From a virus: a stretch of DNA of 64,000 nucleotides. The stretch covers positions 3,729 to 67,728 of IMG/VR virus record IMGVR_UViG_3300012931_000002; one strand, given 5' to 3'. Shown here piece after piece: positions 1 through 9,794 of this stretch; the stretch's first letter is position 1, and every line of letters begins with the position of its first letter. The position numbers and the translations under genes are program-made. The notes under the pieces were generated by a model that worked only from the letters and a program-made list of their open reading frames with translations, was not told where the DNA came from and did no database searches.

Positions 1-1
1 C

Positions 2-799
2 TACTTCGACGTTCTCACAGCCGCGATAAATGATTTTGTGGAGCACGGCTACGACGATCCAAGCCGTGTCAGCTACTGGTCCGAGCGCCTGCGCCAGGCC
101 GCTGAACAATCTGCCACGCCGCCGCCGATCATGGACCGAATGATGCGCGAGCAGCTCGTGGCGATCTACCGAGCTCTGCTCGAGAAGGGTGGCCTGAGCA
201 AGTACCACGGCCGAGTCGATCGTTACACTCTGCAGCGCATCGCTCCCCGGTTGCGCAGCGAACTAGACAGACGGATTCTCGCTTCCGCGAGTCTCATCCG
301 TCTGAATCGCGAAGAAGCGATTCAGTTGACTCTAAAACGGTTCCAGGGCTGGGCGACCAGTATTCCAGCCGGTGGCAGCGAGGCGCTGAGAAAGCAGAGG
401 ACGAAGGCCGAGGTGCGCAAGCCGATGGCTAGTCTGCCGTTCGTCGAGCGGCGCGTGCTCATCGATCAGGGCCACAAGCTCACTGCCGCGATCAACGACA
501 TCGTCGCGCAGGATGGCGGTGCGATTGCTGCGATTTGGCACTCGAACTGGAGGCAGGCAGGCTACGACTATCGTGATACGCACAAGGCGCGTGACGGCAA
601 GGTCTATCTTATCCGCAACTCGTGGGCACACAAGGCCAGTTACGTGAAGCCGGGGAAGGCTGGTTATCTCGACGAGATCACGCAGCCCGGCGAAGAAGTC
701 TTCTGTCGCTGCTACGTTTCCTACGAATACGCCATCAGCGAACTGCCGTTGGACATGATTTCTAAGAAGGGCGCCGAGGCGCTGAGGAAAGTCGCATGA
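2..799 (+). CDS. Head morphogenesis protein (MuF/SPP1 gp7-like), copy 1, 5'-truncated
   Basis: Frame is open from base 2 (YFDVLTAAINDFVEHG). Has WHSNWRQAGYDYRDTH and PGEEVFCRC motifs. Colinear with 3353..4186. Confidence 0.8.
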   Translation, partial: YFDVLTAAINDFVEHGYDDPSRVSYWSERLRQAAEQSATPPPIMDRMMREQLVAIYRALLEKGGLSKYHGRVDRYTLQRIAPRLRSELDRRILASASLIRLNREEAIQLTLKRFQGWATSIPAGGSEALRKQRTKAEVRKPMASLPFVERRVLIDQGHKLTAAINDIVAQDGGAIAAIWHSNWRQAGYDYRDTHKARDGKVYLIRNSWAHKASYVKPGKAGYLDEITQPGEEVFCRCYVSYEYAISELPLDMISKKGAEALRKVA

Positions 800-3015
800 A
801 GTTACTTCGTTACATTGCTGCGTTTGTTCTGGCTGCCAGCGCTGCACTGGCAAACTCCGCGTATCCCAGCACGAAGGCACCTGCCACACCGCTGACGCGC
901 GCTAATGTCGCAGTGCTTACGGCTGCACAGGCGGTGTCTGGCACCTACGGCAACGTTCTCGTCAACGAGGATGGCTATACCGCAGTCTATGTTTGGCGTG
1001 CCTCCGCAAGTCAGACGTGCTCAACACCAAGTTTTATTGCGGCCGACAGTTCTTACATTTGCCCGTCCGACGCGACACCTCCCGCGACTGGCCGCTGGGT
1101 ACGCGGGCCAACTGAATCGCCGCCAATAACCGCGGTTACTGGTCTCGGCACCGGCGTAGCGACGGCGCTTGGGACAAATGTGGGATCGGCCGGGGCGTTT
1201 GCGATTGATGGGGCTACCGCAGTCAGCCTTTACAACTACAGCGGAAATCTGACCACGGCTGCGGCCGCAGCAACGGCGGCTGGAAAGCCGCTTTTAATCG
1301 ACATGACCGTTTCGCTGGCGGGCAATACGGTGGTCAATGCGCCAGCGTTTGCGTTTGCCCCAGGAGCAAAAATTGTTACTGGTTCATATACGCTTCGCCA
1401 AAATGGTCTTCTTTCTGTGCCGGACAACCAGGTTATTTACGACAGCACCGGCACTGGGGTCATCACTCTCCCATATAACAACAAGCTTTCAGCCATTTGG
1501 TTTGGCGCGGACTACACTGGTGCTACAAATAGCCTCGTAGCGATTACGCGGGCCAGCGCGTCTCTGGACGCATCGGTCTCTGCTTCGAACAGCCTGAGCA
1601 ACGTCACACATGGAGGGACGCTGTATTTTCCGGCAGGCCAGTACAAGTACACCTGCAAGTGGATTTGGGGCACCGGGGTAAACTACACCAACATTGTCGG
1701 TGACGGGGCACTCGCGACGAATTTTCAGTTCGTTCCGGGCGGGTCGTGTTCGGCGGATGCAGACGGATACTACGTCGGGATGCAGTTGCTGATGAGTGGC
1801 GGGTCTGGTTATGCGTACAAGCACAATCTTATCGGCATTGGTTTTGGATCGTCCGACACAACCAACCAGAAAGTCGCCGTTGATTTCGTTGATGTCGGCT
1901 CTGTTATGGTCAAGGATATTTTCGTCTATGGTAGTGGTCCTGGGCAGTATTTCCAAGGTGGCACATCCGGAAGCATTGGTATCCGGATCAAGGGGCGCGA
2001 CAACTCCGACATCACGGACGCAGTCATGGTCGCACAACGACCGATCTACGTAGATGCTAACCCAAACGAAGCTGCCACGAACAACGAAGACCTCGACCAC
2101 TGGAATTTCCACAATTTCCTCTGGTACTGCAAGGGCGACTATCCGGCGGTGCAAATCGCGGATGGGCACGGCGTCAGCAACGTTTCTTTTGATGGGCGGC
2201 ACGCGATCGTCGGTTGCCCGACGTTTTTCAAACTCAACGATACGCGGGTTAGCCCGTTGATCAACAGCCGCAACATCACATTTAGCAATCTGCGCGGGGA
2301 ATCCGGAAGCTCGGCCGGTGCTAACTATTGGATCGACCTTGTCGCGGATAGCACTGGGCCGATTGGAACTGTGTCGCTGCGGGATTCGCTGCTTGGCTCC
2401 GGTAACGCTGGCCTTCAGATCACTTCGTACAAAAATTTGCGCTTGGACAATGTGACCCTTGGGCACCCTAGCACCTACGCAATCCTCGCCACAATGCCGA
2501 GCCAGATTTCCAGCGTAACCATGAACAACGTCGAGTGCGCAGCGACGGTGTTGTTCTCAATCGCAGGCATGGCGTCAACCTATGTCGGAAATCACAATAC
2601 GAATTCAGGCTATGCTGGGTGCCCGAATACTGCGGTGTACGCATACAGCCACCCGTCAATCTCCTCGTACAGAAACCCCCTCTTCGGGTGCGGCGCGGCA
2701 GGCGGTACGAGCGGGACGGGAGAGACAAAAGTCTGCGTCTGGAAAGAAACTGTAGCCGCTGGGGTAAGCACCATCCTTGGACCGCCGCAGGCCGGATTTA
2801 ACGCGACCGTTTCGGCGACCGGCGCTACCGCTTCTGAGGCAGGTACATTTTATGGTACATCCAGTGCCGTGAGTTGCCTGACCTGCACGACCAACATGGC
2901 GGCAACTGATACGGCCGGTAAGGTCAGCTTCTTCTACAGCGGATCAAATATATATATTAAAAACAATCTCGCCGAGAGCATCGTAGTTGTGATAACGATG
3001 TACATCGGGTTGTGA
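796..3015 (+). CDS. Pectate-lyase-like beta-helix protein (tailspike/depolymerase-like) with N-terminal signal-peptide-like segment
   Basis: ATGA overlap with the upstream stop. WFGADYTG...GGTLYFPAGQY beta-helix cap motif, Asn/Gly-rich coils, hydrophobic N-terminus MKLLRYIAAFVLAASAALA. Confidence 0.65.
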   Translation: MKLLRYIAAFVLAASAALANSAYPSTKAPATPLTRANVAVLTAAQAVSGTYGNVLVNEDGYTAVYVWRASASQTCSTPSFIAADSSYICPSDATPPATGRWVRGPTESPPITAVTGLGTGVATALGTNVGSAGAFAIDGATAVSLYNYSGNLTTAAAAATAAGKPLLIDMTVSLAGNTVVNAPAFAFAPGAKIVTGSYTLRQNGLLSVPDNQVIYDSTGTGVITLPYNNKLSAIWFGADYTGATNSLVAITRASASLDASVSASNSLSNVTHGGTLYFPAGQYKYTCKWIWGTGVNYTNIVGDGALATNFQFVPGGSCSADADGYYVGMQLLMSGGSGYAYKHNLIGIGFGSSDTTNQKVAVDFVDVGSVMVKDIFVYGSGPGQYFQGGTSGSIGIRIKGRDNSDITDAVMVAQRPIYVDANPNEAATNNEDLDHWNFHNFLWYCKGDYPAVQIADGHGVSNVSFDGRHAIVGCPTFFKLNDTRVSPLINSRNITFSNLRGESGSSAGANYWIDLVADSTGPIGTVSLRDSLLGSGNAGLQITSYKNLRLDNVTLGHPSTYAILATMPSQISSVTMNNVECAATVLFSIAGMASTYVGNHNTNSGYAGCPNTAVYAYSHPSISSYRNPLFGCGAAGGTSGTGETKVCVWKETVAAGVSTILGPPQAGFNATVSATGATASEAGTFYGTSSAVSCLTCTTNMAATDTAGKVSFFYSGSNIYIKNNLAESIVVVITMYIGL

Positions 3016-3031
3016 CGCAACGGAGGTTCAA

Positions 3032-3166
3032 ATGGCACATTCATCGTTGAGATTTTGCCCCGAGTGCGAAGCGGAATGCTTCGATCCTGAGAGGGGCATC
3101 TGTAAAAAGTGCGGCGCCGAACTTGGTCCGAATGCGAAGGCGCGGCCAGATACTGAGGAAAAATGA
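3032..3166 (+). CDS. 44-aa zinc-ribbon protein (not in ORF track)
   Basis: GGAGG RBS at 3022. MAHSSLRFCPECEAECFDPERGICKKCGAELG has two CxxC pairs. Stop overlaps the next ATG. Confidence 0.6.
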   Translation: MAHSSLRFCPECEAECFDPERGICKKCGAELGPNAKARPDTEEK

Positions 3167-3366
3167 GCGACCTTGGGCAGTCTGTAAGCCAGTTTCTGCA
3201 AATCAACGCTAGCCCATCTCAGATAGAGACGAAGTGGCTGCGCGAATCTGTGCTGGCAGTTTCCATTCTGGCGCGCCCAGTCGGGATCGGGCTATGCGGG
3301 ATGGCGCTATCGGCGCCCGGGTTTGTGATAGCATTCTTGGCAGTTTTACCTAATGCCGTCCTCTGA
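3163..3366 (+). CDS. Small putative membrane protein
   Basis: ATGA coupling to the upstream ORF, hydrophobic C-terminal half, fills the gap to the next gene. Confidence 0.35.
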   Translation: MSDLGQSVSQFLQINASPSQIETKWLRESVLAVSILARPVGIGLCGMALSAPGFVIAFLAVLPNAVL

Positions 3367-4186
3367 ATCCTATTTCGACGTGCTTACCGCCGCGATCGCC
3401 GATGTCGCCGAGCACGGTTACGATTCAGCAGAGCGAATCGCATATTGGTCGCAGCGCCTCAAGGAAGCCGCCGAGCGGACGATGGGTTCCGAGAGTGAAA
3501 TGGAGCGTCAGCTTCGCGAAGCGCTCCGGGCCGAGTATTCGCGGCTAATCGAACGAGGCGGCATCGCGCAGTTCCATCAAGGCGTCGCGCGGTTCACGAT
3601 CGAGCGCATTCGGCCGCAGCTTCGCGCGGAACTCGATCGTCGAATCCTCGCGGCGGCGAGCCTTATCAAGCTCAATCGGAAGGCGGCCGTCGAAAAGACG
3701 CTTCGGCGCTTTCAGGGTTGGTCGACGTCGATTCCGAAGGGCGGCTCCGACGCCGTCGGTAAGCGCGAAGAGAAGACGGCAATCCGGAAGTCGATGACGG
3801 CGCTGCCGTTCGAAGAGCGCCGCTGCCTGATCGATCAGTCGCATAAGCTCGCGTCTGCGATCAACGACATCGTCGCGACCGACGGCGGCGCGATTGCGGT
3901 CGTATGGAAAAGTCACTGGCGGCAAGCGGGCTATGACTATCGCGAAGAGCACAAAGAACGCGACGGCCGCGTTTACATGATCCGCGGAAACTGGGCTCTC
4001 GCGAAAGGACTCGTTAAGCCTAGCGAAGACGGCTACTACGACGAGATAACAGCCTTCGGCGAGGAAGTTTTTTGCAGGTGTTCGGGGCGCTACCTGTATT
4101 CGCTCTCCGCTCTCGCGAAGATCGCGCCGGAGATGATCACGAAGAAAGGCGAGGCGGCGCTCGAAGCCGCGAGGAAAGCAGCATGA
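3353..4186 (+). CDS. Head morphogenesis protein (MuF/SPP1 gp7-like), copy 2
   Basis: SHWRQAGYDYREEH and GEEVFCRC motifs; lies upstream of the protease/capsid genes. Confidence 0.8.
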   Translation: MPSSESYFDVLTAAIADVAEHGYDSAERIAYWSQRLKEAAERTMGSESEMERQLREALRAEYSRLIERGGIAQFHQGVARFTIERIRPQLRAELDRRILAAASLIKLNRKAAVEKTLRRFQGWSTSIPKGGSDAVGKREEKTAIRKSMTALPFEERRCLIDQSHKLASAINDIVATDGGAIAVVWKSHWRQAGYDYREEHKERDGRVYMIRGNWALAKGLVKPSEDGYYDEITAFGEEVFCRCSGRYLYSLSALAKIAPEMITKKGEAALEAARKAA

Positions 4187-4785
4187 CCATGAAGCGAATC
4201 GCCGTAGCGCTCGTTCTTCTCGCCAGTACGCTCCTAAGCCCCCCTGCTTCGGCGGATAAGTATCCGAGCGTCTACGCGACGCTCGCCGCGATCCCATGCT
4301 CGTCCGAAATCGCCTGTACGAACGTCGCGCACGTTCAAGTTAGTACGGTGACAGTTTCCGGCGCGACGGGGATGGTTTCGTACGATTGGCACGCGGTCGG
4401 CGACGGCCTCTGCGTCGGGAACTATTACCGGCCGAGCGGGTCGGCGACGGGTTGCTTTGTTCCTCTAACGCCGTCGTCGAGTACGGTCTTTGTGGGAACG
4501 CGGGCCGTTTCCGCCGCGACGACGCTTACCGCCGGAGACGGCGTCGTTCTCGTCACGAATTTCGGCGCCGATACGATCATAACGGCGCCGCCGGCCGTAG
4601 GCTCGGCGACAGCGATCAAGCGCGTCCGCGTTGAGAAGGTCAGCAGCGATGTGTACTCGGTGATCATAACGACCGACGGAGTTACCGAGATCGGTCGCGT
4701 AATCAACACGAACGATGACGGCGGGGCGGGCTACCTTGACGTAGAGATGAACGGTACGACGACGCGCGTATTCGGAATCCCGTAA
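4183..4785 (+). CDS. Hypothetical protein with signal-peptide-like N-terminus and beta-rich C-terminal domain
   Basis: Start reassigned to the ATGA overlap at 4183 (MTMKRIAVALVLLAS). C-terminal part resembles 22423..22833. Confidence 0.6.
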   Translation: MTMKRIAVALVLLASTLLSPPASADKYPSVYATLAAIPCSSEIACTNVAHVQVSTVTVSGATGMVSYDWHAVGDGLCVGNYYRPSGSATGCFVPLTPSSSTVFVGTRAVSAATTLTAGDGVVLVTNFGADTIITAPPAVGSATAIKRVRVEKVSSDVYSVIITTDGVTEIGRVINTNDDGGAGYLDVEMNGTTTRVFGIP

Positions 4786-4852
4786 GAACGTTGCGCGAAA
4801 CTATACGAACCGAGTAAGATTATATATCATCAAATTATGAGGGCCGGTCGAG

Positions 4853-5185
4853 ATGACGGAAGACGGGATGCAGAGGGCGCTAGGGCGAATCGAAGGCGCT
4901 CAAAACCAGATACTCGCCGAGCTTCGTTCGTTCAAAGAAGACTTCGCGGCGCACCAACGGGACAACGCGGAGAGCTTTCGAAGGGTCGACCAGGAGTTTA
5001 TTTCGCAGGCCGCAGAGCGCGACGAGCGCCTGATGGCGCAGGACGTAAGTATCGCCGCGCTCGTCAAGGCGAAGGCCGTCGTCGAAGGGCAGCTAACGCT
5101 CGGGCAAAAGATTCTATATATTACGGGCTCGGTCGCCGTCTTCATCTGGGCGGTATTCGCCACGTTCTTCAATCATCATTCGTAG
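4853..5185 (+). CDS. Coiled-coil protein with C-terminal transmembrane helix (holin-like topology)
   Basis: Heptad-like N-terminal region followed by [20 protein letters not shown]. Confidence 0.55.
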   Translation: MTEDGMQRALGRIEGAQNQILAELRSFKEDFAAHQRDNAESFRRVDQEFISQAAERDERLMAQDVSIAALVKAKAVVEGQLTLGQKILYITGSVAVFIWAVFATFFNHHS

Positions 5186-5195
5186 GAGTATCTCG

Positions 5196-5834
5196 ATGCC
5201 GCTTGAAGCCGGGAAATCGGAAGAAGCGTTTTCTCACAACGTGAAAACGGAAATCGCCGCGGGGAAGCCGCAGCGCCAAGCCGTGGCGATCGCGTATAAA
5301 CAGGCCCGCGGCGACATGGACGATGCGAAGTTCGGCACGCTCAAGAAGCTCCTCGACGAGTTCTTCTCCGAAGAGGCGAAGGAGCCGGAGCACAAGAAGG
5401 CAGACGGAAATAACACATATAAGGTCGAAGTGCGATTAAAAGATGAATCTTTCCCGAAATCACAAAGCTTTGTGTATCGCACTATAACCGTATCGGCGGA
5501 ATCGGAAGATCGCGCAAAGGCACTTGCTCTTAGCAAGGTTTCTGGTGCCGGAAAGTCCGTAACGAATATCCACCGCGCCGACGAAGACCGTTCGGCCAAG
5601 CTCGACGCCGCGCTCGCGAAGGCGGACGCGATTGCGGCGAAGAAGGACGAAGGTTACGATCGTGAAGCCGTCGAAAAGGCGAAGGCAGAACGCAAAGCGA
5701 TAACCTCGAAGAAGTCACTTACGCAGAAAGACGTCGACCGGCTCAATGAGCTGGGCGTTCCGGCCGTTGTTTATCCGAAGAAGGGCGAAGTCAGCGTAAG
5801 CGGTTTCCAGAAATTTAAATTCGCTGGACATTAA
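5196..5834 (+). CDS. Head-associated multi-segment protein
   Basis: GGAG RBS. N-terminal MPLEAGKS...[12 protein letters not shown] motif typical of small genes next to DUF2213-type prohead proteases. Confidence 0.65.
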   Translation: MPLEAGKSEEAFSHNVKTEIAAGKPQRQAVAIAYKQARGDMDDAKFGTLKKLLDEFFSEEAKEPEHKKADGNNTYKVEVRLKDESFPKSQSFVYRTITVSAESEDRAKALALSKVSGAGKSVTNIHRADEDRSAKLDAALAKADAIAAKKDEGYDREAVEKAKAERKAITSKKSLTQKDVDRLNELGVPAVVYPKKGEVSVSGFQKFKFAGH

Positions 5835-5853
5835 CGGAACGGCGCTATTCCAA

Positions 5854-7713
5854 ATGATTAAAGCCTCTGGTATATTGTTCCGAACTTCCGAGACGCCTCC
5901 CCGCGCTTTGTTCCTCAAGCGCGGCGGGCGCGGAGCGTTACCGGGAACGTGGGCCTTTCCGGGCGGCGTCGTCGAGGACGGCGAAACCGCCGAAGCCGCC
6001 GCGATCCGCGAGGCCGAGGAAGAGACCGGCGCCTCCCCGAAGATTTCGAAGGGCCTTACCCTTCTTACCCGCCGCCTCTCGGTCGCCGAGACGGGCGCGG
6101 CGCTTCCGGGCGCTACCGTAGCCCCGGCGGGCGAACCGCCGCCTAGCCCCCCTGGAACGGCGGCTCCGGCCCCTTTAGCGGTCGATCCTGAAGTCTGCGA
6201 CTTCTCGACCTTCCTCGTCGCGGTTGAGAAGCCCTTCGAGGTCGTTCTGAACGACGAATCCGACGCCTTTAGCTGGTGCCCGGTCGACTCGCCGCCGGAA
6301 CCCCTCCATCCCGGATGCCGGATCGCCCTCGATCGTCCGGCGATGAATGAACTCGACGTCGCCCGCGCGATGGCCACCGGGGAGCTTTCGAGCCCCCAGC
6401 GCTACATGAACGTTTCGCTCTTCGCGATCCGGATCACGGGAACCGGCGCCGCCTACCGACGAGCCCTCGACGAATACGTCTGGCGCAAGCCGGAAATGTA
6501 CCTCAACGACGAGTTCGTCGCGCGCTGCAACGGCCTCCAGGTGATCTTCGAGCATCCGGACGGTGCGACCCTGAACTCGAAAGAGTTCGCGGAACGTTCC
6601 GTCGGCTCGATCATGCTCCCCTACGTCATGGGGGACGAGGTCTGGGGAATCGCGAAGATTTACGACGACGAGGCGATCGGCGTCCTCCTGACGGACCCGA
6701 TGAGCACGTCGCCGACCGTCGTCCTTTCGCCGGGCAGCAAGACCTATAAAGCCAATGACGGCTCGACCATCCTCGACGAAAGCGAACCCCTCCTGCTGGA
6801 TCACGTCGCCATCTGCGCGAGGGGCGTTTGGGACAAAGGCGGCGAGCCGCGAGGCGTGACTTCTGCAACCATTGGAGACTCTGACATGACCGAAGAAGAG
6901 AAGGCCGCCCTCGCCGCCAAAGCGAAGTCGGACGCCGAAGAGAGCCGCGCGAAGGCGGACGCCGAAGCGGGCGAGAAGCTCGACAAGCTGCTGACGCACA
7001 TGGATTCGTTCGGCAAGCGGATGGACACCGACGCCGAAGAGCGCGCCGAACTCGCGAAGCGCATGGACGCCGTTTGCTCCCGCCTCGACGCGATTGAGGG
7101 CAAGAAGCCCGACGCCGAAAAGACGCCGGAAGAACTCGCCGCCGAGAAGAAGGACGCCGACGAAGCCGCCGAAAAGGAGGCTCAGGCGAAGAAGGACGCT
7201 GAGGAAGAGGTGAAGAAGGAAGCGAAAGCTGACTCCGACATCGCCGCGATCAAGTCGGCCGTTGCCGACCTCGCGAAGCGGACGCCGCGCTCGATGACCG
7301 ACGCCGACTATTCCGCGCTCGCCGACGCGCAGGCTCGCGCCGACGCGGTGATGAGTATGCACGGCGTTCGCGCCGGGCGGCCGATGGACGGCGAGACCGT
7401 CGACGCCTACCGCCTCCGTCAGGCGAAGGCTTTGCAGGTCCATTCGGATTCCTGGAAGGACGTCGACCTGACGAAGATCGCCGATAGTACGGCCTTCGGC
7501 ATCGCCGAAAAAGCGATCTTCGCCGACGCCGAAGCCGCTGCCCTTCGCCCCGTCAACGGCCCCGCCGGCGAGCTTCGCCCCGTCGTCCGCGTCGATTCCG
7601 AGACCGGGCGCCGGACGACCGAATTCTACGGTCGGGGGACGTTCGTACGCCAGTTCAAGCAGCCGAAACGCTTGATCGCCGCAACCAACCTCGGGCGCCG
7701 CGACCGGGGCTGA
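5854..7713 (+). CDS. NUDIX hydrolase fused to DUF2213-like prohead protease and scaffold
   Basis: NUDIX box GGVVEDGETAEAAAIREAEEETG; central EHP and LLDHVAIC..GVWDKGG motifs; charged coiled-coil C-terminus. Confidence 0.8.
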   Translation: MIKASGILFRTSETPPRALFLKRGGRGALPGTWAFPGGVVEDGETAEAAAIREAEEETGASPKISKGLTLLTRRLSVAETGAALPGATVAPAGEPPPSPPGTAAPAPLAVDPEVCDFSTFLVAVEKPFEVVLNDESDAFSWCPVDSPPEPLHPGCRIALDRPAMNELDVARAMATGELSSPQRYMNVSLFAIRITGTGAAYRRALDEYVWRKPEMYLNDEFVARCNGLQVIFEHPDGATLNSKEFAERSVGSIMLPYVMGDEVWGIAKIYDDEAIGVLLTDPMSTSPTVVLSPGSKTYKANDGSTILDESEPLLLDHVAICARGVWDKGGEPRGVTSATIGDSDMTEEEKAALAAKAKSDAEESRAKADAEAGEKLDKLLTHMDSFGKRMDTDAEERAELAKRMDAVCSRLDAIEGKKPDAEKTPEELAAEKKDADEAAEKEAQAKKDAEEEVKKEAKADSDIAAIKSAVADLAKRTPRSMTDADYSALADAQARADAVMSMHGVRAGRPMDGETVDAYRLRQAKALQVHSDSWKDVDLTKIADSTAFGIAEKAIFADAEAAALRPVNGPAGELRPVVRVDSETGRRTTEFYGRGTFVRQFKQPKRLIAATNLGRRDRG

Positions 7714-7758
7714 TAGCCGCCGACCACGACTCGAAACTCAAGAAGGAATTGGAAAGCC

Positions 7759-8658
7759 ATGGCTGGCAATATCGCGTTTAATCCGAGCGTCACTACGACC
7801 GCGTCGGGCAGCTTCAACGTCTCGGCGGACGGCCTTATCCAAGGCACGGCGTTCGACGATCCCGCAACCCGCTACCGCCTCCGCGGCGGTATCCTCGCGA
7901 CCGATGAAACGCTCCCGATGTGGGGCGGCGTCGGTATCTATGAACTCGTCACGGGCGCGACGACCGCGAGCCTCCCGTCGTCGAACCTCGGCGGAACGGT
8001 CGGTCGCGCGAATACGCTTACGGCGCAGGCCGCGAAGCAGCTCGTCGGCTTCTCCGTCTTCGATCAAGCGTATCACGCGATCAATACTCCGCAGTCGCCG
8101 GTTCCGCTCCTCGCGTCCGGAATGTCCGTTAACTACTACCCCCTGGGATCGCTCGCCCGCATCGCCGTCGCGGCCGATCCTTCGCTGATTAGCCTCGAAG
8201 GCGGGATCACGACCCAGCTCGTTTCTTGGGACTTTACCGCTCAACGGTTGATTCCGTATTCGGCGACGTACGGCGCCGGCACGATCACGGGCGCGGTTTG
8301 GGCGAATACCCTCGGCGGGCAGATCGACTACACCGTCAGCACCGACCTGACGTCGTACATCAACGCGGGCGACGACATCAACGTGACCGGCGTCGTATCA
8401 ACCGGCGCGACGACCGACGGCTATAACGGGAACTACGCCGTCGTATCGATTACGTCGACGCACATCGTCGTGACGGCCCCGCGTACGGCGTCGCCGGGTA
8501 CTTACGCGTCCGGCGGGTCGGTCGTCGCCGGTGGCGGCGCGCTTCCCATTCGCATCCTGCGCGTCAAGGCCGACAACTGCATGAACGTCAGCTACGATTT
8601 GGATACAGGTTTCGCGACCTGGGATCGGAACGGCGCGGGCGCGGTCATTCAAATCTGA
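7759..8658 (+). CDS. Capsid decoration/minor structural protein with inserted beta-domain
   Basis: Lies between scaffold and major capsid genes; ETLPMWGGVGIYE motif; Thr/Gly-rich insert. Confidence 0.65.
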   Translation: MAGNIAFNPSVTTTASGSFNVSADGLIQGTAFDDPATRYRLRGGILATDETLPMWGGVGIYELVTGATTASLPSSNLGGTVGRANTLTAQAAKQLVGFSVFDQAYHAINTPQSPVPLLASGMSVNYYPLGSLARIAVAADPSLISLEGGITTQLVSWDFTAQRLIPYSATYGAGTITGAVWANTLGGQIDYTVSTDLTSYINAGDDINVTGVVSTGATTDGYNGNYAVVSITSTHIVVTAPRTASPGTYASGGSVVAGGGALPIRILRVKADNCMNVSYDLDTGFATWDRNGAGAVIQI

Positions 8659-8697
8659 TCGGCGGGTCCGATCTTCAACTCTCCGAGGAGATAGTCC

Positions 8698-9717
8698 ATG
8701 CCGAATCTGAGTCCCAGCTACTACACCGTCAACCCCTCATATACGCTCCCCGAAATGCTCCTGCCCTACTCGCAGGCGTCGGGCGCGTTCGAGCTTCTCC
8801 CGACCGGCGAACCACTCGTCCGCTTGAGCGAAGGCGACCTCTACGTCTACGCGAATCGGATCGAGCTACGCACGAACGTCGCCGCCGGCCAGTCCGCCTA
8901 CAACGAACTGCCGAGCGTCGGCGTCGCGCTCTCGCAGATTTCGACCGCGACCTACCTACTTCGGGTCCGGGCGGAATACGATCATCACGACACCGCCGCG
9001 ATGGGCCGTCGCGGCGTTTCGATCGTCGAAGCGCAGCGCCTCGGTATGCGGCAGGCGCACAACCAGCTACTCCGCAACATGCTCCTGAACGGTATGAACC
9101 CGGCAAACGGCGAGGGAATCCTCAATACCCCCGGCGCCGTCAACGTTACGCTGCCGCCGGACTCGAACGGGGCGACGACGCTCTCGACGTACGACAACGG
9201 CGAGCTTGCGTTCTTCGTCCTCGGTCAAATCCGGGCGATTAAGAGCCGGACGAACCAGCTCGGTCTCGGGACGAAGTTTACGATCCTCGGCCCGCAGCAA
9301 GACCTCGGCCGGCTCGAATACGACGACATCCTGCAACTGACGCAATTCCAGCGCGAAGGCGCCGGCAGTGCGACGACCGCCGGAACCGTCAAAGACATCT
9401 TGAAGATGAACGGCGACGAAATCACCTGGGTCTACGACGACACCTTAATCGGCAAGGGCCTCGGCGGAACCGACGCGATTATCATCAATATGCCCGAAGT
9501 TCAGAAGCCGGACGGCGGGAAGATCAACACGAACACCTTCGCATCGCTCGCGCCGGGCCTCGACGCGTGCGCGTTGCAGTTGATGGACATGGCGGCTCCC
9601 CGCGAGCTTCCGACCCCGCTCGCGGGCGGCGTCACCGACGTCCTGAGCGAACTCCGCGCGACGAGCGGTTGGGCGCTTCGCCCCGAGACCGTCACGATCA
9701 TCAGCGCGGCTCCGTAA
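8698..9717 (+). CDS. Major capsid protein
   Basis: 339 aa, GAGGAG RBS, position after protease and decoration genes, followed by a terminator; ends ELRATSGWALRPETVTIIS. Confidence 0.8.
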   Translation: MPNLSPSYYTVNPSYTLPEMLLPYSQASGAFELLPTGEPLVRLSEGDLYVYANRIELRTNVAAGQSAYNELPSVGVALSQISTATYLLRVRAEYDHHDTAAMGRRGVSIVEAQRLGMRQAHNQLLRNMLLNGMNPANGEGILNTPGAVNVTLPPDSNGATTLSTYDNGELAFFVLGQIRAIKSRTNQLGLGTKFTILGPQQDLGRLEYDDILQLTQFQREGAGSATTAGTVKDILKMNGDEITWVYDDTLIGKGLGGTDAIIINMPEVQKPDGGKINTNTFASLAPGLDACALQLMDMAAPRELPTPLAGGVTDVLSELRATSGWALRPETVTIISAAP

Positions 9718-9739
9718 AGCTACCGTCCGCAAAGACGGC

Positions 9740-9767
9740 GGGGCGTGAAACTCGCCCCTTCCTTTTT
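9740..9767 (+). terminator. Rho-independent terminator after the capsid gene
   Basis: GGGGCG-tgaaact-CGCCCC stem followed by TTCCTTTTT. Confidence 0.6.
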
Positions 9768-9794
9768 CGACTATCTCTGGAGGGAGATTTCCCA

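Noticed and set aside
6175-7443. Long antisense and off-frame ORFs (also 35462..36952, 50416..51855, 53106..54128, and the 5' extensions of 34222..35427 and 43882..45735)
   Set aside because: Arg/Pro-rich shadow frames of well-supported genes, expected in GC-rich DNA with biased codons; no motifs or RBS.
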